Shown here in pieces: positions 37,186 through 45,522 of a DNA stretch of 64,000 bases. The notes under the pieces are model-generated. The model was not told the DNA's origin. It was given only the letters and a program-made list of their open reading frames with translations, and did no database searches. This stretch comes from Bacteroidia bacterium (lineage in GTDB: Bacteria; Bacteroidota; Bacteroidia; NS11-12g; UBA955): NCBI GenBank assembly GCA_023653095.1, contig JAMNXP010000003.1, positions 128,835 through 192,834 on the forward strand, in the 5' to 3' direction. The position numbers and the translations under genes were made by a program. Each line of letters starts with the position of its first letter. Positions within the stretch are counted from its first letter, which is position 1.

Positions 37186-37650
37186 ATGTCTGAAGACAAC
37201 GAAGTTCAATCTAACACCACCCAAGACAACCGTCCACTGTTCCTGAAAGATGCCCTCTATCAGGGCGAGTTGCATTCTGCTCCTTATGCATTGACGGTCA
37301 GTTCTCCTAAAATTGAACCCATCGATAAACGTTTGCTCAAGGCCAACGCGCATGAGGCTATGCAGCATCAGGCCGAGCAACAAATTCAAATGCTTAAAAA
37401 ACAGGCCGAACTGCTCATCAAACAAGCAAAAGCCATCGAAGACCGACTCGCGCTCTCCCACTCCATTTACCGAGCTGAAATCAACTTCGAACCCATCATT
37501 CACGGCATTTATCACCTCTATCAGAAAACCGACGGAAGTCAAGTGCTCACCATGATTGCGCCCTACGAATGGGGCAAAACCATGCCTTTCGAGCAGTTCA
37601 TCAACACTGTAAGATTGCTCCCAGACAAAACTTGGGAAATTCTCGCTTAA
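37186..37650 (+). CDS. Conserved hypothetical protein (possibly DUF2452-like)
   Basis: The ORF fills the asd-murQ gap. It has a coiled-coil-like centre and a C-terminal GIYHLY...DG..VLTMIAPYEWG. The family assignment is from memory only. Confidence 0.4.
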   Translation: MSEDNEVQSNTTQDNRPLFLKDALYQGELHSAPYALTVSSPKIEPIDKRLLKANAHEAMQHQAEQQIQMLKKQAELLIKQAKAIEDRLALSHSIYRAEINFEPIIHGIYHLYQKTDGSQVLTMIAPYEWGKTMPFEQFINTVRLLPDKTWEILA

Positions 37651-38456
37651 TTTTTTTCCTTTCGGTGGACATCAACAGCCCTGCGCACGCTTCCCGTCTG
37701 AAGAAGCAACGCACGAGCTTCCTCTGGTGAAAGTCCGGTTTCTTCCACAATCATTCTCGTTCCTCTTTCAACCAACTTATGGTTGGTCAACTGCATATCT
37801 ACCATTTTATTTCCCTTCACATGTCCCATCTTAATCATCACCGATGTAGTAATCATGTTCAAGGCCATTTTAGTAGCGGTACCTGCCTTCATACGCGTAG
37901 AACCCGTCACAAATTCAGGACCTGTAATAATTTCAATAGGATATTGAGCAACTTCTGCCACTCTTGAACCCTCATTACACACCACGCAACCAGTTCCAGC
38001 ACCAAGTTCATTGCAAGCAGTCAACGCCCCAACTACATAGGGGGTTCTACCAGATGCAGCGATTCCAACCACAAAATCATTTTGATTGACATTCCACGCC
38101 CTCAAATCTTCAAACCCTTGATTTTCGTCATCTTCCGCATTTTCAACGGCCCTTCTAATGGCTTTATCCCCGCCAGCAATCAATCCAATGACCCGATCAA
38201 AATCTACCCCAAAGGTTGGCGGACATTCAGACGCATCAACAATTCCCAGCCTCCCTGAAGTTCCCGCCCCCAAATAAAACAGTCGTCCTCCATTGTTCAT
38301 TTTCTCATAAACGGCATCTACCAACACCGCTATTTGCGGAATGGCCTTGGCCACATGTCCAGCAATGGTTTGATCTTCATCATTGATACCCTGCAACAAC
38401 TGAAAAGTATCTTTTTGTTCCAAATGATCATGCCTAGAGGTACTTTCTGTATTCAT
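37647..38456 (-). CDS. murQ: N-acetylmuramic acid 6-phosphate etherase
   Basis: SIS domain with GAGTSGRLG, PPTFG, SASGRTPY and TGSTRMKAGTA motifs. Confidence 0.9.
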   Translation of the reverse strand: MNTESTSRHDHLEQKDTFQLLQGINDEDQTIAGHVAKAIPQIAVLVDAVYEKMNNGGRLFYLGAGTSGRLGIVDASECPPTFGVDFDRVIGLIAGGDKAIRRAVENAEDDENQGFEDLRAWNVNQNDFVVGIAASGRTPYVVGALTACNELGAGTGCVVCNEGSRVAEVAQYPIEIITGPEFVTGSTRMKAGTATKMALNMITTSVMIKMGHVKGNKMVDMQLTNHKLVERGTRMIVEETGLSPEEARALLLQTGSVRRAVDVHRKEKN

Positions 38457-38463
38457 TCTTCAA

Positions 38464-38471
38464 CAAATTTA
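38464..38471 (-). promoter_or_regulatory. Candidate -7 box (TAAATTTG) for murQ
   Basis: Reverse complement of CAAATTTA matches TAnnTTTG. It ends only 7 nt upstream of the murQ ATG. Confidence 0.4.
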
Positions 38472-38493
38472 CTCACACCTACCCAATGTTCTG

Positions 38494-38503
38494 CATTGCA
38501 ATG
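38494..38503. promoter_or_regulatory. Perfect 10-bp palindrome CATTGCAATG between divergent promoters (possible operator)
   Basis: Self-complementary sequence read directly. It sits immediately upstream of the + strand -7 box. Confidence 0.3.
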
Positions 38504-38505
38504 TT

Positions 38506-38513
38506 TAGTTTTG
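38506..38513 (+). promoter_or_regulatory. Candidate -7 box (TAGTTTTG) for the 38616-38978 gene
   Basis: Matches TAnnTTTG. It places the heptamer array in the 5' leader. Confidence 0.4.
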
Positions 38514-38520
38514 CAAATCA

Positions 38521-38611
38521 CAGCGGCCAGCCGTCAGCCGTCAGCCGTCAGCCGAAAGCTGAAAGCCGTCAGCCGATCACCGACAACCGATCACCAATAA
38601 CCGACAACCAA
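38521..38611 (+). repeat. Tandem heptanucleotide array, 13 units, consensus CAGCCGT decaying towards CAACCAA
   Basis: Read directly: CAGCGGC CAGCCGT CAGCCGT CAGCCGT CAGCCGA AAGCTGA AAGCCGT CAGCCGA TCACCGA CAACCGA TCACCAA TAACCGA CAACCAA. The ATG at 38616 follows after AAAA. Confidence 0.9.
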
Positions 38612-38615
38612 AAAA

Positions 38616-38978
38616 ATGTCCCTCCACAAAGAAATAAAATCAAAATGGCTCCAAGTAGTGGAGTTTATAGAAAAGAACTTCGAAAAAAAACCCGATTTGA
38701 ATGCGGTGTTGTTTTTGATTGGCATTAGAGAACTCGGTCAAATAAACGAGAAACCCTTCACCAAAGAAGAGAAAACACACCTCATGCACATTGCTAATTG
38801 CAGGGTGCTAAGTTATTCGGGGTATTATAAACTCATTGGACAAGACCAGAACGGGTGGCCTGTTTGGGAAAAAGATCAGCCCATTCCTAATTTAACCTTG
38901 TTGGAACAAGAAAATTTGCTCAGACAACACATCATTGAGTACTTCGAACAAGAAGAGATTATCGTATTTGACGAATAA
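38616..38978 (+). CDS. Hypothetical protein (120 aa)
   Basis: Clean ORF with an ATG directly after the repeat array. I recognise no family. Confidence 0.55.
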   Translation: MSLHKEIKSKWLQVVEFIEKNFEKKPDLNAVLFLIGIRELGQINEKPFTKEEKTHLMHIANCRVLSYSGYYKLIGQDQNGWPVWEKDQPIPNLTLLEQENLLRQHIIEYFEQEEIIVFDE

Positions 38979-39024
38979 TTGTAGATATCAAGCGCAATTG
39001 TGGTGAAAATTTCTAAATTTTTGC

Positions 39025-39032
39025 TATATTTG
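39025..39032 (+). promoter_or_regulatory. Candidate -7 box (TATATTTG) for the rimP-nusA-infB operon
   Basis: TTGCTATATTTGCAAG matches TAnnTTTG. It lies about 68 nt upstream of the rimP ATG. Confidence 0.5.
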
Positions 39033-39060
39033 CAAGACTTTTCCAAAGTTAAAAGTTAGG

Positions 39061-39092
39061 AAGGGGGCAGGCGAAAAGCAGTCCCCTTTTTT
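39061..39092 (+). terminator. Terminator-like hairpin plus T-run in the rimP-nusA-infB leader (candidate attenuator)
   Basis: AAGGGGGC-AGGCGAAAAGCA-GTCCCCTTTTTT. It lies between the candidate promoter and the rimP start. Confidence 0.45.
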
Positions 39093-39099
39093 ATTGGAT

Positions 39100-39564
39100 A
39101 TGAAAAAGTTAGGAGATAAATTAAAAGCCCTCGTTGATCAAGAAGCTCAAGCTTTTGATCTCTTCGTTGTTCATTACACGGTAAGTCCTACCGGTTTGTT
39201 CCGCTTTTATGTCGACTCCCAAGAACCACTTTCAATGAAATCCTTGGCCGATTTCACCAAACAAGTTTCTAACTTGATTGATGAAGACGATTTTGGTGAT
39301 CATCCTTTCACCTTCGAAATTTCCTCACCAGGAGCTGATGCACCTCTTAGAGACTTTAGACAATTTCACAAACACATAGGGAGATCTTTTGAAATTCATA
39401 CCCAAGAAAATTCCTATACCGGAAAACTTGAGGCCATTGAGGGAGATATCCTTAAAATTATGAACGAATACAAAGAAAAGGGAAAGAAAAAAATAGAAAT
39501 TCAACCTGTTGACGTTCCCTTTTCAGAAATAAAAGAAGCAAAAATTATCATAAGTTTTAAATAG
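39100..39564 (+). CDS. rimP: Ribosome maturation factor RimP
   Basis: Position directly upstream of nusA, about 155 aa, and an ...ISSPGADAPL motif. The ATG at 39100 is preferred over the TTG at 39094. Confidence 0.85.
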   Translation: MKKLGDKLKALVDQEAQAFDLFVVHYTVSPTGLFRFYVDSQEPLSMKSLADFTKQVSNLIDEDDFGDHPFTFEISSPGADAPLRDFRQFHKHIGRSFEIHTQENSYTGKLEAIEGDILKIMNEYKEKGKKKIEIQPVDVPFSEIKEAKIIISFK

Positions 39565-39565
39565 T

Positions 39566-40819
39566 ATGAAAGCAAAGTCCAAAGAGCTAGGGATAAACCT
39601 AGTGGAAAGTTTCTCAGAATTCAAAGAATTCAAGAACATCGACCGCGCCACCATGATGCGCGTGCTTGAAGATGTATTTAGAAACATCCTTAAAAAGAAG
39701 TACGGTCAAGAAGCTAATTTTGACATCATCATCAACACCGAAACCGGTGATATTGAAATGTACCACCTCCGACTGATTGTGGAACAAGGCGAAGTAGAAG
39801 ATGAAAACCTACATATTTCTCTTTCAGATGCTCAGCAACTTGAAGCCGATTACCAAGTGGGAGAAGATTGTATTCAACAAATTGGCTTGGAAGACTTTGG
39901 ACGTAGAAACGTATTGAACGCGCGCCAAGCTTTGATGTCTAGAATCATTGAACTTGAAAAAGACGAATTGTTCCGTAAATACGGAGATCGCCGCGGTGAA
40001 ATTATCACAGGTGAAGTTTATAATGTTTGGAAACGTGAAATCATGGTTCTTGATGATGAAGGAAACGAATTAACCCTTCCTAAAGACCAAATGATTCCTC
40101 GCGATATGTACAAAAAAGGTGACGCCATTCGTGCTGTCATTAAAGATGTTGAAATGGATAAGGGCAGCCCAAAAATCATCCTTTCTCGTACCTCTCCTGA
40201 ATTCTTGGAACGTTTATTTGAATTGGAAGTTCCTGAAATCTTAGACGGTTTGATTACCATCAAGAAAATTGTGCGTGAACCAGGCGAAAGAGCTAAAGTG
40301 GCTGTTGAAAGCTACGATGACCGCATTGATCCAGTTGGGGCTTGTGTAGGTGTAAAAGGTGCTCGTATTCATGGTATTGTTAGAGAATTACGCAATGAAA
40401 ACATTGACGTGATCAACTTCACCACCAATGAAACCCTCTTCATTCAACGCGCTCTCCAACCTGCTGCAATTAGCAAAATGGACATCCAAGACGGAACCGC
40501 TAACGTATACCTTGAAAGCGATCAGGTTTCTTTAGCTATAGGACGTGGCGGACATAACATCAAGTTAGCGTCAAAATTGACCGGATATCAAATTGAAGTT
40601 TATCGTGTCAATGCCGATTCTGAAGATGACGTTGATTTGGACGAATTCTTAGATGAAATCGATACTTGGATTATCGAAGAATTTAAGAAAATTGGCCTAG
40701 ACTCTGCAAAAGATGTACTGAGAACCTCAGTTCAAGATCTTCTCCAAAGAACTGACCTAGAAGAAGAAACCATTCTTCAAGTGCAGAAAATTCTACGCGA
40801 AGAATTCGACGAAGAATAA
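39566..40819 (+). CDS. nusA: Transcription termination/antitermination factor NusA
   Basis: S1 and two KH domains (ARQALMSRI..., DPVGACVGVKGARI, GRGGHNIKLASKLTG). Confidence 0.95.
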   Translation: MKAKSKELGINLVESFSEFKEFKNIDRATMMRVLEDVFRNILKKKYGQEANFDIIINTETGDIEMYHLRLIVEQGEVEDENLHISLSDAQQLEADYQVGEDCIQQIGLEDFGRRNVLNARQALMSRIIELEKDELFRKYGDRRGEIITGEVYNVWKREIMVLDDEGNELTLPKDQMIPRDMYKKGDAIRAVIKDVEMDKGSPKIILSRTSPEFLERLFELEVPEILDGLITIKKIVREPGERAKVAVESYDDRIDPVGACVGVKGARIHGIVRELRNENIDVINFTTNETLFIQRALQPAAISKMDIQDGTANVYLESDQVSLAIGRGGHNIKLASKLTGYQIEVYRVNADSEDDVDLDEFLDEIDTWIIEEFKKIGLDSAKDVLRTSVQDLLQRTDLEEETILQVQKILREEFDEE

Positions 40820-40853
40820 GACAATTTATAAAAACGGCCTTCCTTTGGAGCCG

Positions 40854-40885
40854 ATCGGGGAAATTCCATTTGCAGTTTCCCCGAT
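40854..40885 (+). other. Intercistronic stem-loop between nusA and infB
   Basis: ATCGGGGAA-(14 nt loop)-TTCCCCGAT, a perfect 9-bp stem with no T-run after it. Confidence 0.4.
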
Positions 40886-40931
40886 AAATCCTTGGGAGTT
40901 ATAAAGGATACCATTAAATTTGAATGAAATT

Positions 40932-43733
40932 ATGGCGGAATACCGTTTAGCAAAAGTTGCCAAAGAAATCAATCGCAGTGCCACTGCTATAGCCGATTTT
41001 TTAAATTCGAAAGGCTTTAGTGTTGATGCACGTCCTACAACCAAAATAACCGAGGATATGTATCAAGCTTGTCTGAAAGAGTTTTCAGCAGACAGAGCTG
41101 CAAAAGAAGAAGCTGACAAACTAAAAGCGAATCAACCCGCTCGCCCAATTCCTACTCGTGAAAAGGTAGAGACGGTAGAAACAATCTCCGCACCTGAACC
41201 CATTGTGGTATCAGCTCCTGAGTCTGTATTAGTGACTCCAATAGAAACTCCAACCACTGAAGCAATCCAAGCAGCTGAAGTAGAAAATACCCCAGCTCCT
41301 GTTGAAGTTTCAAAAGAAGAAGAAGTTGAGGAAAAACCATCATCAAGACTTAAAGTTATTGGGAAAATTGATCTTACTCCAAAAAGTAAGAAATTAGAGG
41401 AAGAGGTTAAGGTAGAAACGCCAACACCTGTTGAAAGAAAAGAAGAAATACCTATTGAAACCCCTGCACCAGTTGAAGAAAAAGATACAACCCCAATTCC
41501 TGCGCCTACAGAAATCAAGGAAGAAACTCCAACTGTTGAAGAGGTTAAAGCTCCCGCAGCTGAAGTAACAGTATCTGATGAACCCGAAAGACACGAGACC
41601 AGAAGAGAAGTTCTTTCTGGCCCTAAAGTGTTAGGAAAAATCCTTTTACCAGTTGAGAAAAGCGGTAACTCATCGCTTGCACAAGAAGCCCGTAAGGACA
41701 TGCAAGAGATCCGCAAAAAACGTAAACGCAAAGAAAAAGGTGTTGAAGTTAAAGTGGCCGTTCAAGAAACGGTTCAACGTGAACATCAACACAATAAAGC
41801 ACACAAACCCGTTACATCTCCAAAACCTGAAGTTACGACCTCACAGGTGAATACCAATGTGCGTTCTACATTCAACAGAATGGGCAGTAAGAAAAACGGA
41901 CGTGATAGAAAAAGAACAGACAATAAAGAAGAACGTAACCGCCGTTTCGAAGCTGAAAGACGCCGTAAAGACGAGGAAAGTAAAGTTCTTAAAGTAACTG
42001 AATTCTTGACAGCCAATGAATTGGCAACCATGATGAGCGTTCCAGTTACTCAAGTAATTTCTAAATGTTTTGCTTTGGGTATGATGGTTTCTATTAACCA
42101 ACGACTTGATGCTGAAACCATTCAATTGGTGGCTGATGACTTCAACTTTGAAGTACAATTTGTAGATGCAGAATCTCAAGTTGAAGCCGTTGATGAAGAA
42201 ATCGATAACCCCGCTGATTTAAAACCAAGAGCGCCTATCGTAACGGTAATGGGACACGTTGACCACGGTAAAACATCGTTGCTCGATTATATCCGTCAGG
42301 AAAACGTAATTGCCGGTGAGGCAGGTGGTATCACACAGCACATTGGAGCTTATGAGGTTACATTGAAAGATGGTAAGAAAATCACCTTCCTAGACACTCC
42401 AGGTCACGAAGCGTTTACTGCTATGCGTGCTCGTGGTGCCAAAGTTACAGATATGGCCATCATTGTTATTGCAGCAGACGATAGCGTCATGCCTCAAACA
42501 AGAGAAGCTATCGCGCATGCTCAAGCAGCAGGTGTACCCATGATTTTCGCATTCAACAAAATTGATAAAGACGGAGCAAACGCCGATAAAATCCGCGAAC
42601 AACTGGCCTCTATGAATATTCTAGTTGAAGATTGGGGTGGTAAATTCCAAGCTCAAGAAATCAGTGCTAAAAAAGGTCTTAACATAGACGTACTTCTTGA
42701 AAAAGTACTTTTGGAAGCAGAAATGATGCAGCTTACGGCAAATCCTGACAGAAGAGCCAAAGGTACCGTCATCGAAGCAACGCAAGAAAAAGGAAGAGGT
42801 ATTGTTTGTACCTTATTGATTCAAACAGGTACCCTCAGAGTAGGTGATCATATGGTAGCTGGTGCTCAATATGCGAAGGTTCGTGCATTGTTCAATGAAC
42901 GTGGACAACGAATCGAAGAGGCACCGCCATCAACACCAGTTAAAATATTAGGATTCTCAGATGCACCAACGTCAGGTGATATTTTCGCTATCATGGCCAA
43001 CGAAGACGAAGCCAAAACGCTTGCAAACAAACGTCAACAATTGGTGCGTGAACAAGGTATCAGAACCAAGCGTCACATTACCCTTGATGAAATTGGACGT
43101 CGTTTGGCTATCGGTAACTTCAAAGAATTGAAAGTTATTGTTAAAGCAGACGTAGATGGTTCATCAGAAGCATTGACAGACGCCTTGATGAAGTTAACCA
43201 GCGATGAAATTGCCGTTAACGTGATTCACAGCGGTGTAGGACAAATCACCGAAAGTGACGTATTGTTGGCTTCGGCGTCAGACGCTATCATTGTTGGTTT
43301 CCAAGTGAGACCATCAGCTAAGGCTCGAATGATTGCTGAAAATGAACAAATTGATATCAGAACCTACAGCATCATTTACCAAGCCATAGAAGAAATTAAA
43401 TCGGCTATGGAAGGTATGTTGTCACCTGAAATTGTTGAGAAAGTCATTGGACACGTTGAAATTCGCGAAGTATTCAAAATCACTAAAGTGGGAACCATTG
43501 CAGGTTCTTATGTTACCGATGGAAAAGTGGAGCGCGGAAGTAAAATACGCGTCATTCGCAATGGTGTGGTTAAACACGAAGGTAGCTTAGCCTCTTTGAA
43601 ACGTTTCAAAGACGACGTAAAAGAAGTAACTAAAGGATATGAGTGCGGACTACAAATTTCCAACTACAATGACATTGAAGAGGGCGACTACCTAGAGGTA
43701 TTCATTGAGGAGGAAGTAAAACGTAAGCTGTAA
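40932..43733 (+). CDS. infB: Translation initiation factor IF-2
   Basis: [17 protein letters not shown]-terminus, a Pro/Glu/Lys-rich variable region and a GTPase domain ([21 protein letters not shown]). The ATG at 40932 is preferred over the TTG at 40920. Confidence 0.95.
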   Translation: MAEYRLAKVAKEINRSATAIADFLNSKGFSVDARPTTKITEDMYQACLKEFSADRAAKEEADKLKANQPARPIPTREKVETVETISAPEPIVVSAPESVLVTPIETPTTEAIQAAEVENTPAPVEVSKEEEVEEKPSSRLKVIGKIDLTPKSKKLEEEVKVETPTPVERKEEIPIETPAPVEEKDTTPIPAPTEIKEETPTVEEVKAPAAEVTVSDEPERHETRREVLSGPKVLGKILLPVEKSGNSSLAQEARKDMQEIRKKRKRKEKGVEVKVAVQETVQREHQHNKAHKPVTSPKPEVTTSQVNTNVRSTFNRMGSKKNGRDRKRTDNKEERNRRFEAERRRKDEESKVLKVTEFLTANELATMMSVPVTQVISKCFALGMMVSINQRLDAETIQLVADDFNFEVQFVDAESQVEAVDEEIDNPADLKPRAPIVTVMGHVDHGKTSLLDYIRQENVIAGEAGGITQHIGAYEVTLKDGKKITFLDTPGHEAFTAMRARGAKVTDMAIIVIAADDSVMPQTREAIAHAQAAGVPMIFAFNKIDKDGANADKIREQLASMNILVEDWGGKFQAQEISAKKGLNIDVLLEKVLLEAEMMQLTANPDRRAKGTVIEATQEKGRGIVCTLLIQTGTLRVGDHMVAGAQYAKVRALFNERGQRIEEAPPSTPVKILGFSDAPTSGDIFAIMANEDEAKTLANKRQQLVREQGIRTKRHITLDEIGRRLAIGNFKELKVIVKADVDGSSEALTDALMKLTSDEIAVNVIHSGVGQITESDVLLASASDAIIVGFQVRPSAKARMIAENEQIDIRTYSIIYQAIEEIKSAMEGMLSPEIVEKVIGHVEIREVFKITKVGTIAGSYVTDGKVERGSKIRVIRNGVVKHEGSLASLKRFKDDVKEVTKGYECGLQISNYNDIEEGDYLEVFIEEEVKRKL

Positions 43734-43839
43734 TTTCGTCTGAAAAAAAATAATTTTTAACGACACTGCAACGAAAATCCCATTGAAATCGTCTACTTTG
43801 GTATAAAACTTGCATCACGAAAATAAAAAACAAAAGAAT

Positions 43840-44259
43840 ATGAAAAAGGCATTATCATTCTTGGCTGTAGCTCTCACCGTGGTGACCTCAGCTTTCGCTC
43901 AAAAAACAGCTGTTCAACCTGAACCTGCCATCAAATGGGAACACAAATCACACGATTTTGGTAACATTAAAATGGGTCCACCAGCTGATATCGTTTTCAA
44001 ATTCACTAATACTTCAAACGCACCTGTTGTCATTAAAAATGCACAAGCATCTTGCGGATGTACTACTCCTTCTTGGACCAAAACTCCAATCATGCCAGGT
44101 GAATCTGGAGAAGTAAAGGCTAGCTATGGAACTGATGGACGCCCCGGTTATTTCCAAAAATCGGTAAAAGTAGAATTTGACAACGGTAATACAACTGATT
44201 TAACCATCAGCGGTACTGTAACTACTGAGCCAGAAAATAAGAAAAGCGACATTAAATAA
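43840..44259 (+). CDS. DUF1573 domain protein (secreted), paralog 1
   Basis: Signal peptide, HDFGNIKMG...FKFTNTSNAPVVI.NAQASCGCTTPSWTK.PI.PGESG. The ASCGCT motif is characteristic of DUF1573. The ATG at 43840 is preferred. Confidence 0.75.
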   Translation: MKKALSFLAVALTVVTSAFAQKTAVQPEPAIKWEHKSHDFGNIKMGPPADIVFKFTNTSNAPVVIKNAQASCGCTTPSWTKTPIMPGESGEVKASYGTDGRPGYFQKSVKVEFDNGNTTDLTISGTVTTEPENKKSDIK

Positions 44260-44265
44260 GTAACC

Positions 44266-44697
44266 ATGAAAAAGTTCCTTTTATCATTGTCAAGCTTGTT
44301 GTTTGCCGTTGGAGCTTTTGCTCAAACACAAGAAACTCCCGCTGAAAAAACCAGCAATGCAAATATGGTATTTGAAACCTCTAGCCACAGCTTTGGGAAT
44401 ATCATCGAAGGTCAAATTGCTACATACGAATTTAAATTCACAAACACAGGTACTGAACCTCTAGAACTTACAAACGTTAGAGCTAGTTGCGGTTGCACCA
44501 CACCAAAGTGGCCCCGTGAATTAATTCAACCTGGACAAACTAATGTTATTAGAGCAGAATACAATTCCAGTGGTAGACCCGGAACGTTTAGCAAGAACAT
44601 TTTTGTAACCAGCAATGCCGGTCAATCTACTTTGACCATTTCTGGAAATGTGATTAAAGAACCAGAAAAACCCGTTTCTCCTATCATCATTAAGTAA
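44266..44697 (+). CDS. DUF1573 domain protein (secreted), paralog 2
   Basis: Signal peptide, HSFGNIIEG...FKFTNTGTEPLELTNVRASCGCTTPKWP. Confidence 0.75.
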   Translation: MKKFLLSLSSLLFAVGAFAQTQETPAEKTSNANMVFETSSHSFGNIIEGQIATYEFKFTNTGTEPLELTNVRASCGCTTPKWPRELIQPGQTNVIRAEYNSSGRPGTFSKNIFVTSNAGQSTLTISGNVIKEPEKPVSPIIIK

Positions 44698-44704
44698 ATT
44701 TAAA

Positions 44705-44731
44705 AAGGCTGCCTTTAAAGCAGCCTTTTTC
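44705..44731 (+). terminator. Rho-independent terminator after DUF1573 paralog 2
   Basis: AAGGCTGC-CTTTAAA-GCAGCCTTTTT. Confidence 0.65.
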
Positions 44732-44769
44732 CGTTAAAATAATTCATAATTTTATTCGTTAAACTCACT

Positions 44770-45522
44770 ATGAAGCAAAGACCTCTAAACATCGTTGCCA
44801 TAGGATTGATATCCTTTGCTGTTATTATCTCATCGGCTATTCTTTCTGACGGATATAAATACAAATTCACATCCCAAGAAACCATAGCAACCACAGGTCT
44901 GGCTGAAAAGGAATTTCGTTCAGATCTAGCGAATTGGAGCGTTTCTTTTAGAAGAAAAGCGATGTCTAGAACACAAGGTTTTGCGCAACTAAAAAAGGAT
45001 GCTCAGCGAGTAAAGGAATATTTGATTTCTAAAGGATTTAAGTCTGAAGAACTCATCTTTTCTTCCATTGAAGCAGATAAATCTTATCTAGAAAGAAGAG
45101 AAGAAAATAAGTACGGTAATTACAATTATACCCAAGTGTTTGATGGTTATAATTTGAGCCAATCGATAGGCATTGAAACTTCCAATATTGAATTAGTAGA
45201 ACAAACATCGAGAGAAATTACCGAGTTGATCAACGAAGAAATTGAAATCAATTCTTCAACTCCATCGTATTTTTATTCAAAGTTGGAAGATTTAAAGATT
45301 GCTTTGATTGCAGATGCAACGGCAAATGCCACCAACAGAGCTAAAAATATCGCAGAGAAAAGCAACAGCAGACTAGGTGCGCTCAGACAAGCAAGCATGG
45401 GAGTTTTCCAGATTACAGGTAAAAACTCTTCGGAAGAATTCTCTTGGGGAGGTGTATACAATACCACTGACATCAATAAGAAAGCCAGTATCACCGTAAA
45501 ACTTCAGTTTGGAATCAATTAA
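44770..45522 (+). CDS. SIMPL (DUF541)-like membrane-anchored protein
   Basis: N-terminal TM anchor, about 250 aa. The C-terminal ...ATANATNRAKNIAEKSNSRLGALRQASMG... pattern is reminiscent of the SIMPL/26-kDa periplasmic immunogenic protein family. Confidence 0.5.
   Translation: MKQRPLNIVAIGLISFAVIISSAILSDGYKYKFTSQETIATTGLAEKEFRSDLANWSVSFRRKAMSRTQGFAQLKKDAQRVKEYLISKGFKSEELIFSSIEADKSYLERREENKYGNYNYTQVFDGYNLSQSIGIETSNIELVEQTSREITELINEEIEINSSTPSYFYSKLEDLKIALIADATANATNRAKNIAEKSNSRLGALRQASMGVFQITGKNSSEEFSWGGVYNTTDINKKASITVKLQFGIN

Noticed and set aside
37180-37542. 120-aa minus-strand ORF antisense to the 37186-37650 gene.
   Set aside because: The + strand ORF is longer and fits exactly between asd and murQ, with an ATG 15 nt after the asd stop. 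The minus ORF would have no room for a promoter. Residual uncertainty is noted in the findings.
38521-38611. Whether the repeat array could be a CRISPR array.
   Set aside because: The units are 7 nt and contiguous, with no spacers. No cas genes or leader are present. It is a simple tandem repeat.
38334-38728. Two + strand track ORFs (38334-38600 and 38486-38728) whose products contain SRQPSAVSRQP / PITDNRSPITDN-like repeats.
   Set aside because: They read through the heptamer DNA array. A 7-nt period cycles through all three frames, which produces pseudo-repeat peptides. One ORF also overlaps murQ antisense. The downstream 38616-38978 ORF has a clean ATG and normal composition. I treat the repeat as non-coding.
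41132-42179. Long antisense ORFs inside infB (41132-41731, 199 aa; 41786-42031; 41841-42179) and + strand out-of-frame ORFs.
   Set aside because: They lie opposite the Pro/Glu/Lys-rich, low-complexity N-terminal region of IF-2. That codon composition suppresses stop codons on other frames. The products are Ser/Gly/Val low-complexity with no signals. The PE-rich repeats themselves are normal IF-2 N-domain variability.
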